Shown piece after piece: positions 49,590 through 62,178 of a stretch of DNA of 64,000 nucleotides (the first letter of the stretch is position 1; every line of letters begins with the position of its first letter). Location of the stretch: NCBI GenBank assembly GCA_951406725.2, contig OX597815.1:137392001-137456000 (forward strand), in the 5' to 3' direction. This stretch comes from Octopus vulgaris. Its lineage: Eukaryota. The notes below the pieces were generated by a model, which was given only the letters and a program-made list of their open reading frames with translations, was not told where the DNA came from and searched no databases. The translations under genes were made by a program, and so were the position numbers.

Positions 49590-49631
49590 GTCATGTTTTA
49601 TATTCTATTTTCACTGTTTGCATCGCCAAAC

Positions 49632-49700
<69 letters not shown>
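49279..49700. repeat. (CAT)n/(TTG)n/(TTA)n and (TA)n runs
   Basis: Directly visible. Confidence 0.95.
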
Positions 49701-49702
<2 letters not shown>

Positions 49703-49926
49703 GGAGTAAACACATAAATGTGAAACAAGGTGGAAAAAAGAGTACTCAAATACCAGTGGTAGAGTAATATGCTTTATTTTAAGCAGCAGAAAATTCAACA
49801 AAATCTGTTACTCTGAGTTTCTCGTTGCCGTTCATCAGACATTTTGCTAGCAAAAACTGTCTGATGAACGGCAACGAGAAACTCAGAGTAACAGATTTTG
49901 TTGAATTTTCTGCTGCTTAAAATAAA

Positions 49927-49931
<5 letters not shown>
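49701..49931. mobile_element. PLE terminal stub forming a ~160-bp palindrome with a hammerhead on each strand
   Basis: Arms 49768-49848 and 49849-49931 are near-perfect reverse complements; each contains CTGATGA-ACGGCAACGA-GAAA-CTCAGAG-TA-ACAG followed by AATAAA; (TA)n on both sides. Confidence 0.88.
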
Positions 49932-49972
<41 letters not shown>

Positions 49973-50077
49973 GCACATACATGCATACATACATACATAA
50001 ATACATGTGTGTTTGTGTGTGCGTATGTGTGTGTGTGTGTGAGTGTGTGTGTGAGTGTGTGTACATATACAAACATA

Positions 50078-50241
50078 TACGACGGGCGTCTTTCAGTTTC
50101 CGTCTACCAAATCCACTCACATGGCTTTAGTTATGACCAGGTTTATAGAAGAAAGCACTTACCCAAAGTGTTATGCAGTGGAACAGAACCCGGGACCGTA
50201 TAGTTGGAAAGCAAACATTTTACCACACAGCCACACCTGCA
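50078..50241 (-). mobile_element. SINE family A 5' half
   Basis: Matches 628-776 and extends to the head GCAGGTGTGGCTGTGTGGTAA. Confidence 0.8.
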
Positions 50242-50637
50242 ACCGCGTGTGTGAGATTTTTTTTCTTTTATCTTTTAGTCGAAAAGTAGTTCTCGTGACA
50301 CATTAAGCATCGTCCGAATTTAATGAATGGGAGGGAGGAAGATATCCTCAAACTTGCAACAAATGCTTGCAACAGATTGGACTCCAGTAAAGACACCCAT
50401 GGTAACAGATGTTAGTGCTGTTGCCGATTATGTCTACCAGCCAAGTAGTCACTGCAAAGAGCCGGAACAAATAACGTAGCGCATTTGGTCCGACATTCTC
50501 ACAATTCAAAGTGCAGTGAGTCGAACAAATAGCGCGAAACATTCTGTCCGACGCTGGCAGTTCTCCGGATATGTGTGTATGTGTCTGTCTGTTTGTGGGT
50601 CTGTGTGTGTCTGTGTCTGTGTGATGTGTGCGAACGT

Positions 50638-50668
<31 letters not shown>

Positions 50669-50777
50669 AATGTGTTTGTGCTTGTGTGTGCGTGTGCGCG
50701 CGCGTGAGTGTGTGTGTGTGTGTATATACAGGTTTAGGGATAAAGTGGGTTGTTAAAGGAGATGCCAGTAAGATAAT

Positions 50778-50985
50778 CCTTTCTACTACAGAAATTTGAA
50801 GGGGTGGGGAGGGGCTAATCGATTACGTCCATCTCAGTGTTCAACTAGTACTTATTTCATCGACCTCCGAAAAGATGAAAGGCAAAGTCGACCTCAGAGG
50901 AAACTGAGCTCAGAATGTAGAGTCGCACGAAATGCCGCTAAGTATTTTGTCCCACGTACAAGTGATTTTTTCAGCTCGCCATTAT
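50778..50985 (-). mobile_element. SINE family B copy
   Basis: GATGAAAGGCAAAGTCGACCTC...CAGCTCGCC. Confidence 0.75.
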
Positions 50986-51193
50986 TGGTAAAGATATAGA
51001 TTCAGAAAGACAGGTCAGTCGGAGTTTTATGATGGGTGTTTATACCAGGGCTGTCGTTTGTAGCTTCGTATGTGAACTCTGTTCGCTCTTTTATGTATTT
51101 CTTTCAGGATTTTTGTTAAACTGTATGAGTAAGAAGAAATCAGACTAACTGATGTGAGAGAGTGTATCTTTGTGCTCATATAGTTTGCACGTA

Positions 51194-51695
51194 GGCTGAG
51201 TTCAAATTCCGCCGTGGAATAAGTACCAGTTACTCACTGGGGTCGATGTAATCGACTTAATCCGTTTGTCTGTCCTTGTTTGTCCTCTCTGTGTTTAGCC
51301 CCTTGTGGACAGTAAAGAAATAGGTATTTCGTCTGCCGCTACGTTCTGAGTTTAAATTCCGGCGAGGTTTACTTTGCCTTTCATCCTTTCGGAGTCGAGT
51401 AAATAAGTACCAGTTACATGCTGGGCTCGATATAATCGACTTAATCCGTTTGTCTGTCCTTGTTTGTCCTCTCTGTGTTTAGCTCCTTGTGGGCAGTGAA
51501 GAAATAGGTATTTCGTCTGCCGCTATATTCTGAGTCCAAACTCCGCCGAGGTCGACTTTGCCTTTCATCCTTTCGGGGTCGAGTAAATAAGTACCAGTTA
51601 CGCACTGGGGTCGATATAATCGACTTAATCCGTTTGTCTGTCCTTGTTTGTCCTCTCTGTGTTTAGCCCCTGGTGGGTAGTAAAGAAATAGGTAT
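51194..51695 (+). mobile_element. Head-to-tail array of three headless SINE family B units (184-bp period)
   Basis: Junctions AAGAAATAGGTATTTCGTCTGCC at ~51323 and ~51507; last unit ends at 51695. Confidence 0.9.
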
Positions 51696-52194
51696 GTGTT
51701 ACGGTATATTGCTAAGTTAGTATGTTAATATATGCGCGTACATGTATGAACATGAGGTTTGTTTTGGCTTTTACATGCTATTAGTTTTCTGGTCAATGAT
51801 GGTGTGCGCGTGTCTTTGGGTACGTGCGCACGTGTACGTGTGCGTGTGTTACCACACGTGTTTGTCAGTATGTGAGTGTGTGATTGTGTCTACGTGAGAG
51901 TGCGTATCTGCACGCGTGTGCGTATGTGTCTGCACGTGCGCACGCGCGTGTGTGTGTGTTCGCGCACAAGCGCTTATCGAGATGCTGGAATAGTTCTATA
52001 CTGTTATTCTGCGTGATTTTTGCTTAAGTTTGCTCGTATGCGTGTTTGTGAATAAATACTGGAAAGTGGGTCGGCGTGTATGTGTGTAAGCATGCATGTA
52101 TTTGGATGTACCACATACTGAGATGGGTATGTGAGTGTATGGATGTTTGCGGTGTGCTTATCAGCGTGTCGTGTTGTGTGTCGTCTGCATCTGC

Positions 52195-52280
52195 GTATAT
52201 GTGTGTATGTGTGAGTGTGTGTGTGTGTGTTTGTGTGTGTGTTCGTGTGTGTGTGTATGTGTGTGTGTATGTGTGTGTGT

Positions 52281-52355
<75 letters not shown>

Positions 52356-52540
52356 TGTGTGTGTATGTGTGTGTGTATGTGTGTGTGTATGTGTGTGTGT
52401 ATGTGTGTGTGTGTATGTGTGAGTGTGTGTGTGTTTTTGTGTGTGTTTGTGTGTGTGTGTATGTGTGTGTGTATGTGTGAGTGTGTGTGTGTGTGTTTGT
52501 GTGTGTGTGTATGTGTGTGTGTGTAAGTGTGTGTGTGCGC
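52195..52540. repeat. Long imperfect (GT)n
   Basis: Directly visible. Confidence 0.95.
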
Positions 52541-52669
52541 GTACTTAGTGAGTTATTAAATGCGTGTATATACATGTATGCATGTCTATTCATGCATTTG
52601 AGATTATTTATGAGTGTGTACGTTGGCCAGTACTCACCTTAACACCACTCCAGTCTATCGCAAGGTTAT

Positions 52670-52800
52670 CATTTACAGGTGAGAAGGCTGGAGCAACGTG
52701 AAATAAAGTGTTTTGCTCAAGAACACATTGCATCTCCATCTGGGAATCGAAGACACGATTTTACAATTGTGAGTGCAGCACCTAAGCCACTGGACCACAT
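52670..52800 (-). mobile_element. SINE family C head
   Basis: CTGGAGCAACGTGAAATAAAGTGTTTTGCTCAAGAACAC; shows the uninterrupted state of the segment disrupted at ~60957. Confidence 0.7.
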
Positions 52801-54464
52801 ATGCATCGTATATACATACATACATATTTATGTATGTGAACCTCAAATTTGTTGATAAATCGGTGCATTGACCCTAGATACGATGTTGTATTTATTCTTC
52901 CCGAGTTATAGATACTATTTTGTCACACACGCCATCAAATATTCAGGTAAGTAGTAACAGGTGCATTAAAATAACCGTTACTGTTCAGAAAGGTATGACA
53001 TAAAAATAATGGCGTTTTGTGTGCGAGCAGATGTCCCAATAATTAGCGTTTATGATAAGAATAGCTTATTATGATAACAGGTACAAATGTGTATACATTT
53101 GTATGAGTTGCGTATATCAGTGTGTTTCTCTGTACATTGGAGGTGTGCGCAGGAGGTGTGCGCGGGTAGTGTGCGCGGGTGGTGTGCGTAGTGGGTGAGT
53201 GTACGGTACGCGCGCGCGTCTATATTTTCTATACTGTATAGAGAATAGAAACGAGGTGAAGGAAAAAAATTAGAGATAGAACCGGGGGTGGGTGTCGTGT
53301 AGAGAATTTTCCCGCTTTAACTTCCATGATATATGAATCACTTACTTGGATACGAGACCAGATATGGAGGATTGTACCAAGTCCAGTACTTGGCTAGTAT
53401 TATATTTCTCGATGTTAGAAGGACGAAAAGCGAAGTTGACCATGGACGGGTTTGAACTAGTAATGCTAAAATGTGGAACTAATACCGTAAGAAAATTTAT
53501 TGAATGATTCTCTAACAATTCTATCACTTACGAACTCGTTGTTTCGAAATTAGATACAACGCCATCAAGATTTTAAATGAGATTACTTAGTCATTTACAT
53601 CAAACTCAGTATTCTAATGGAGTTCTGTTTTATCGACTCTGGGAATAAAAGACAATATTTACCGCGATGGGGAGTTCAGCTCACAACATAGACAGCTAGA
53701 AGAACGGTAAGAATTCTTGAGCCATACTCTAACGCGTCTGAAAATCCACCGCCTTGAACATTTATGAAATAATACTAGCAGTTAAAAAGAAATGAATAAA
53801 TGACTTAAACAATGTCACATAATTAATATATTTTATAGCTTTCAAAGTTTGTTTATTAGTTATGGGTATTTCTTGTTTGCAAGTGTTTTTGCTGTGTGCG
53901 TGAACGTGTGCCTTTGAATGTCTCTTCTCTCTCAGCCAAACACAGGTACATACATTTCTACATGCATATATATATATGAGTGTGTGTGTATGTGTATGAA
54001 TATATGTGTGTGTGCGCACACGCGCGTGTATGTAATATGCACAAAAATAGAGTTTCTATTCCTCTTTCTAAATCCTGCTCCAACAAACAGGAAATGAATA
54101 TTTACAGCGGTAAGGATAAGTTGGAACATCGCAACATTATTAGCATCATTCCTTTGAATGTGAATTTTTCACAGTCTATTGATAACATAAACAATGGTAA
54201 CGTCCCTGGATGGCAGGGGTGGTATTTACTCTGTAAATCGAAATGTCGATAATAATGTTCGCAGTTTTGACTCGGTCGCTAGCAAAAGCAATCCCTATTA
54301 ACCTCTAACCTTTCACAGGCAATCAAGATAGATCCAACATTATAATTGATATTAATTATTATTTTAGCAACGACTTTAAAAGTAGTTATAATTTGAATAT
54401 ACAGAATATCAGTATGAAAATATTAATAAAAGTAATGATAATAATTTAATTTATAGTAGTAGTA

Positions 54465-54581
<117 letters not shown>

Positions 54582-54649
54582 ACAGGAGTATCTGCGGTAA
54601 GTATACTAGTAACATCCACCCTCCTAATATACTACCAATAACTAACAAA

Positions 54650-55070
54650 ATGTGTAATTTTAAAAGACCAACTGATTGTCCGTTGGATAATAAATGTCTA
54701 ATTTATATTAGTGTTTACAAATGCTCCGTAACTACTTCTAATCTAGTCTTTATGTAAAGACATCATGGCGACTATTTTCAAATCTAGATAACATAGCCAC
54801 TTACTTACCTTCATAAGAGAGGATGCGGTCAATTCAACATGTTCGGCGTAAATCTGTGGAAAAAACACTAGGTTTTGAAAACTGCAACTAATAACACTAG
54901 GTATTGAATACTGAATTATTTTATCGTATGAAACGCTATACCATACTCGTGTTGTGACAGCGAATGTTCATTATATTGTATGAAAATCCTTGTAATCATG
55001 CGATATGAGAACAAACTTATTAATAAATTTGAGGAATTATGTATATGATGTCCCCCACAAGATTAAAAAA
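54650..55070 (+). mobile_element. Second, older Naiad-type GIY-YIG fossil
   Basis: CNFKRPTDCPLDNKCL...VYKCSV...FKSR*HSH...CSLYC...LINKFEEL...CPHK, same motif order as 5871-6368. Confidence 0.65.
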
Positions 55071-55227
55071 CAACTTTCTTACACTTCGTACCGATACGAT
55101 TATTTTGTCAGAGTATTATTGTAATTGGATGTTGTTTCAGTAATAAAGTTAATAGAATAATTATTAACCCTATTATATAATATTAACAATATTAATTTTA
55201 TATATTTAATGTTCCTGATATGTAATT

Positions 55228-56060
55228 ATGCTAAAACTCGTTAAAAACCCTGAGAAATGTAAGAAGCTTCATACTGTCATGAAGGAGAGCAAAAATCTTT
55301 CAGGTGAGTTCATGCATGATGGAAGTACGACAACTGTTGTTACAAAGAAAGTGAAATCAATAGCAAAGCAAAATGCGTTTGAACAATTGCGTTTGAACAA
55401 AAACCTCTGCATGGCAAATATGTGGCCCGTAACAAAGAAGCTGATGTAGACCAGAAGCACATCCGTCAGCGACTACGAAGCAAAGGGCTAAAGACAGAGA
55501 GCGAAGGCTTTATCTTGGCTGCTCAAAATCAGAGCGTATTGACCCGGAACTACCAAGTCAACGTAATGAAAAATGGAGTGGACCTAAAGTGCAAATACTG
55601 CAACGATGAAATTCAAACATGGACCACCTATTCTCTGGGTGTAAGGTTTAAGTACCAGTAGAATATAAGTCTAGATACGACAGAGCTTGTCAATATCTAC
55701 ACTTGATATGTTGGCATTATTATAAAATCAAAACTGCTGACAAATGGTACAAGCACCACCCTGAAGCTGTAACTAAAGGAGATTTTCCAGTTCATAAAGA
55801 CCGGACCATCAATGCCAATAAACCAGATATTGTTGTGAAAGACCAAAACAATAAAATCTGTTTATTGATTGATATGAGCATACCTTGTGATTATAATATC
55901 TCAGCAAAAGAATTTGATAAACTCAGAAAGTATAAAATTCTACTGATTGAAATCGAGAAAATGTAGCATCTCAAGACGGTTGTAGGAGCACTAGGAATGA
56001 CCAAAAAAGGAACTGAAAATTATCTAAGAATAATCCCTGGCTTACCACCCATGCAGGAAG
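55228..56060 (+). mobile_element. R4/Dong-clade LINE 3' fragment, same family as 36089-36790
   Basis: ESEGFILAAQNQSVLTRNY, CKYC, NKPDIVVKD...LLIDMSIP...KLRKY, VGALG. Confidence 0.85.
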
Positions 56061-56530
56061 ATTGTCGAGGATAAATTAAATTGATTATTGTTACTGAATA
56101 TATTAGTATCATTTAATTTCTGAACGGTTTTATTGCCGTATGTTTATGCAGTTTGATTTCTTTATCCATCAGGGACTACCAAGGTAGAAATGCGAGTAAA
56201 ATTAATAATAGAGAAACGAAAATAAAACTTTGGAAACAGCAACGCTACCATAGCTTAGTGGAAACCATGAGCGTGCTTTCAAGGGAAATAATCAGAGAAA
56301 GACTTGAAAGTGGACGTAAGATCGTAATACTTCATGTAAAGTAAAGTGAATATAACAAATAATCCAGAATCCTTGTCCGGTACCGAATCGATCCCATAAT
56401 CTAATCAGTTCGTGCTAGTCACGAGGACGAACAACTCTGAAAATTTCTTTCGATCAATCAAACAAACAAACACGACTGAAAACAATTCCTCTGCCTTCGC
56501 TAAGGCGGAGGTAATAATAATAATGAAATA

Positions 56531-59365
56531 ATGAAATTACTAACTGAATTAGAGATTGACCAAATTAAACAATCGGTAAGGGATAAAAGGAACGAAGATG
56601 CATCTAAAAAAGATACTACAGAGGAAATAATTACAGATCAACGCAGGTCTGATGAAAGTGCAGTAACGATAGAAAGTGTCAATGTGACTGATAAGCAAAA
56701 TGGGATACTTTCTGAACCAGTCATAAATATAAAGAAAGATGAAAATCAAATAGATGATGAAAGCCACACAGAAATTGACCCGAATCATGATTGAATGGCT
56801 GAAAATTAAAGAAACCAGTGTGATTGAACGTGACACTCTCCCAAAAATGTGCAACTCTAACTAAAACCTGAAAGTAATTGGTTAACTCCACCTTGCACGT
56901 AAACATATAATTTCAGCTAATGATGTTCATATTACAGATCTCAACCACCTGTACTATGCATGCGCTAAAATCTCGACGGTTTTGTGTGGTGAAAAGATTA
57001 GAAAACGACAACATTCCACAAAAAACCTATTTAACAAGAGTGTATCCAACAACAATTCCAGTTACTTAGGTCTGACATAGAATGTTTAAAAAACGTTAAG
57101 TCTGATAAGAAAATTCGAAATTTAAAGAAAATTATATGAAAACCATACTTACCATCGATACCACCTTAGAAACTATCGAACAAAAAGTATCTGCTAAAGC
57201 TGCCCGCATAGCACAATATGAAAAGCGCGCTAGATTTTTCAAGGACAATATGCTTAAAAGTAACCCAAAAACTTTTTACGGGAAGTTAGGGAAAATACCA
57301 GTTACAATAACGTCTGTCCCATCAAAAGAAGTGCAGGAAATTTGGAATAAAATTTGGACAGAAGAAAAACCGCACAATAAAAAGGCGCTTTGGATTGATA
57401 TAAAGAATATCTATAGAATTAGTCCCCTTAGAAGATAAAATATGGGAGGGTATCAAGGTAGAGGATGTAAGATCTGCTCCCAGGAAGTCAAGCAAATGGA
57501 AGTCTCCAGGAAAGGATAAAATTCCTAACTTCTGATTAGCCATGAACTGCTAACAAAACTTTACAACAATGTTTTGCAGCAACCTAGTACGCTTCCCTCT
57601 TGGCTAGTCAATGGTGTTACATTTCTACTTCCGAAAAATGAAGAAACAAATGAACCAAAAAACTATAGACCCATAACCTACTTAACAACAATGTATAAAT
57701 AACATCTGCCTTGACTGAATACAATAACTTTTTAATAGAAAGTAGCATCATCTCTAATGAGCAAAAAGGATGTAAAGGTGGGTCCTATGGTTGTAAAGAT
57801 CAGCTAGTCATCAATAAGTTGAGTTTGGAAGACTGCCACAAACAACAAAAGAACTTATCAATAGCCTAGATAGATTATAATAAAGCTTTTGATAGTGTAC
57901 AGTCATGTATTAAGAAATGTTTGGAAATTTACAAAATAGCACCTACTCTGCAAAACTTATCTGTAAGCATGAGACCATGGAAAATCACCCTGACTTTGAA
58001 TAGTAACAATGAATCTTTCAATGCTAGAGGTGTAAGAATTTTATGTGGCATTTTCTAGGGTGACTCTCTATCACCACTTCTCTTTTGTCTAGCCTCAACC
58101 CTCTTTCGAAATTGCTCGATAGTGTTCAATATGGATATATAATTTTTGATAAATATATAAATGATCTCTTTTACATTGATGATTTAAAGCTCTTTGCAAA
58201 AAATTACCAACAGCTACATGGCTTGCTTGCAAATGTTAAACAGTTCAGTGATGACATCAGGATGGAAAAACTACCATTATCAGAGGAAAAATTATAGAAA
58301 CATCCAACGTTAATCTTGATCAACAGAATGTTAAAAAGAAGTTAGAACTAGCGGAAAGCTACAAATACCTAAGGGTATTTGAAGGTGATTGAAACAAACA
58401 TTCAATGATGAGAGAAAAGATCAGAAAAGAATGTTATTGTAGGGTAAGAGCAATACTCAAGACGGAGCGATCTATACTGTATCCATACCGGTCGGGACTT
58501 ACAGCTTCAATATTATTAACTGGTCAATTACTGAAGTCTGTAATCTTGACAGAAAAATGCTAAGCGTATGAAAACCCTAGCTAAAACTGCTGTATTAGAT
58601 ATTCTTATTGATACATGGCAAGAAAACCTTTCTATGGCAAATACCCAGAGAGAGCTAATAATGCTGATATAGACAAAGACCTACCCATTAATGGTTTGTG
58701 TCTTGTGGCTTAAAATCAGATACAGAAGGGTTTATCATAGCAAACCAAGATCAATGCCTACCTACAAGAAACTACCAGGCCAACATCTTAAAGAACGGCA
58801 GTAGCTCAATATGTCGTGTATATAAACAACAAAATGAAACCATCGACCATGTTGTCTCCATGTGCAGTCTTCTTGCGCCTACAGAGTATCTCAACATGCA
58901 CGATAGAACAACACAGTATATTCACTGCATAATTTGTAAAGACTTGGACCTGCTCCATGATAAAAACTGGTGTGAACATAAACCACTGCCAGTGCTTGGA
59001 CATAACCACATCTCACTCTTTTGGAACTTCACCGTTCAAACTGGCAGAAAGATAAATGCAAAAATCGTGCCTCCTCATCGATATGTCCCATTCCCAATCA
59101 AGTCCCACCAAAAATTGAGCAAATATAAAGATCTTGAAATAGAAATTGGCAAAATATGGAACCTCAAGACTAAAACAATACTTGTTGCCAAGGTCCTGTG
59201 CAAGGTCCTGTGCTGTTTATCTTGATATTATTTCACCACATCGCGCACAGATGGTTGTGATGCATGTGCCTGGTGCCATCAGATGGGTTGTCGTGATGGG
59301 TATACTGGAGCTTCGTATATTTTACCCAGTGTCACTTTGATGGCATGCACTGCTCTCTGACTGAA
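56531..59365 (+). mobile_element. Near full-length degraded R4/Dong-clade LINE (RT + CCHC + RLE)
   Basis: WKSPGKD, NYRPIT, EQKGCKGGSYGCKDQL, DYNKAFDSV, GIF*GDSLSPLLF, FYIDDLKLF, YKYL, TEGFIIANQDQ, CRVY...HVVSMC, KLSKYKDL; followed by (AAT)n at 59365-59461 and preceded by (TAA)3. Confidence 0.9.
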
Positions 59366-59370
59366 TAATG

Positions 59371-59462
<92 letters not shown>

Positions 59463-60339
59463 CAAAAATACAGATATTAGCAATAAAATGTAATCATGAT
59501 AATAGCATTAATAATAATATTATTAATAATAATAATTGTAACTTAGACAATTATACATTTCTCTTTAATTTTGATAGAAATTATTTTTTCATAGCCTTAA
59601 GTCTTACCTGTTGGCAAATGTCTGCAAATTCATATTTCTTTCTGTTTATTTTTATTCATTCTTTAGCGCCCAACTTTACACAGTATAGATCAGTTTTAAG
59701 TGATAGCTGTCACTCTTCTAAGTTACTCTTTCATTTTATCAAAAATAGGGCTAACTCTCACTTTTTCTCCAGATCGTCAACTTCGACGATCTTCTTGATT
59801 AAATCTATTTTTGAATATGGTTACTTCTTTTAAAATAATATACCTCATTATTTTTCTAAATATTCTAAACTCTACATTCTAAATCAAATTTACACCCAAC
59901 TCCCCAAAAATTACACCGTCTTGCGTACTATTTCATAATTGTATTATGTATCTTTTGAGATATATTTTAATAGTTAAATCCGATACACTCCTTAGTAAGT
60001 ACATATTATTTAGCATGACTGTATGTGTACATGCGATTTATTTTGTATATATCGCTTACAAATGCAAGCCATATTTCCTATCAATTATCCTAAGAATCGA
60101 CGCGTTCTACTTTGTCTAGCGTTACACTCCAAACCTCAGTCAATTTGAAATGGTCGGTTGACAAGCTTTGAAGATAACAGTTTCATTTACTACTAGATAT
60201 TAACTGAACATCAAAAAATCACTTAGTAGTAAATTCCAACATATAAAGTCAACATATCGGACACTCTCTGACAGATTTGTGATCGAACTTGTGCTCTTGC
60301 AGCCCCACCCTCCCCAAGACTACACTCCTGCTCACTGCT

Positions 60340-60432
60340 ACCGGAGCAGAGATGGGTATCCGCACGTGCGATCCTCGTGAGTTGGAGTGGCTGTTCCAGC
60401 GCATCTCCCTCGCCGTGCTCGGAAGCAACGTT
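60340..60432 (+). mobile_element. CRE-clade LINE C-terminal fragment
   Basis: TCDPRELEWLFQRISLAVLGSN resembles the CRE C-terminal TGDxRExxWLxQRLSxAVQRGN motif. Confidence 0.55.
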
Positions 60433-60879
60433 TTTTTTTTTCTATTTTGTCCGCCGAGCTGTCATGTTTTATTTCTATTTTATGTAATGTCTATTGGCGC
60501 AACATTCTACTCCCCTAAGAATAAAATATGCTTTACCACTGATGTCATTCATATGACTAGGAATTTTGCTGCCAGGAGTGGCTCAAACAAAGACTTTGTT
60601 TTCTGCTAGTTACTGATTTTGATTACAGTAATACGCGTACATTACTCACTTCAGTTGCCTTTGGGATCATGCTGTTTAACTAGTCGTAAACTTTAATATA
60701 CCTTTCCTGCTTTGAAAATAACAATTTCATTCTGTTTGTATATCTCTCCCCTTCTAAATACACTGTATTTCGCCAAAAATGGTAAAATATCACGTGATGA
60801 AATGATGTGGTTGCGTACCAGTGCAAATTTATGAAATGGTATCAAATATGTTCTGCAATTGACTTAGATTAGTAATTAA

Positions 60880-61498
60880 TCAGTGGTTAGAGCGTCGAGC
60901 TTACGATCGTGAGGTTGTGAGCTCGAATCCCGGACCGGGCTGCGTGTTGTGTTCTTGTTATTTTTGACAAAGCTATGGAGAATGCTAGGAGAAGGATATT
61001 GTGACATAAGACTTACCAGTCATTTTGCAATACTTGTTATGGGACCTACTACGAAAAAGTGGCAAAAGTATTATACAAGCTTTTGTCGCTTAAATCCAGT
61101 GACACACAGATACATAGATGTGTCCTGGATGTGACATCAAGCTGCATCCTGTGGTGTTCTGGGGTTGTAGGGATCGTTAAATCACCCCTTAATTACCATT
61201 TTACCTGGATTGATTCTGACCCGGAACGGTAGTACTTATCAGGGGTCCCATATATACTTTATATCACGTTGCTCCAGTTCACTCAGCTGTAGAAATGAGT
61301 TGCGACGTCACGAGTGCCAAGCTGTATCGGCCTTTGCCTTTCCCTTGGATAACACTGGTGGCGTGGAGAGGGGAGGCCGGTATGCATGGGCGACTGCTGG
61401 TCTTCCATAAACAACCATGCCCAGACTTGTGACTAGGGTAACTTTCTAGGTGCAATCCCATGGTCAGTGTCGTGACCGAAGGGGGGCCCGGATCCCGG
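60880..61498 (+). mobile_element. SINE family C with 9-bp TSD, interrupted by a 300-bp templated insertion
   Basis: tRNA-like head CAGTGGTTAGAGCG...GCTCGAATCCC; TSD AGTAATTAA at 60871-60879 and 61499-61507; the body resumes at 61258. Confidence 0.8.
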
Positions 61499-62178
61499 AG
61501 TAATTAAATGCGCCATTAAAATACGTATAGTGATGTTTTGAACTATTCAATTGTTTTCAATTGTTTTTGTTTGCTACACTCTCTCTCTCTCTCTCTCCCT
61601 CCCTCTCTCTCTCTCTCTCCCTCCCTCTCTCTCTCTCTCTCCCTCTCTCTCACACACACACACACATACATATAGATGAGGAGGAGGAGGTGGAGGATTG
61701 TCTCATCATGTCAGATGATAGCCGTCTTACATTCAGCCTGATTGTGCTGTTCTACTTTCATCCTTTACAAGTGCACGCATATCCATCGCCTTAGAAATTG
61801 ATAAAATACAAAACAGATTAAGAAATTAGATGATAGTGAGGTATCTGTGTGTCACTGGATTTAAGCGACAAAAGCTTGTATAATACTTTTGCCACTTTTT
61901 CGTAGTAGGTCCCATAACAAGTATTGCAAAATGACTGGTAAGTCTTATGTCACAATATCCTTCTCCTAGCATTCTCCATAGCTTTGTCAAAAATAACAGG
62001 AGCTTCCTCTACCCCTAGGAAATCTATTTAACCCATAGATGTGTCCTGGATGTGACATCAAGCTGCATCCTGTGGTGTTCTGGGGTTGTAGGGATCGTTA
62101 AATCACCCCTTAATTACCATTTTACCTGGATTGATTCTGACCCGGAACGGTAGTACTTATCAGGGGTCCCATATATAC
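60956..62178. repeat. Local inverted plus direct duplication
   Basis: 60956-61113 is the reverse complement of 61841-61998 (158 bp); 61113-61257 is a direct copy of 62034-62178 (145 bp). Confidence 0.93.

Noticed and set aside
51194-51695. CRISPR-like repeat array
   Set aside because: Units are whole SINE bodies without unique spacers; eukaryotic context and no cas genes.
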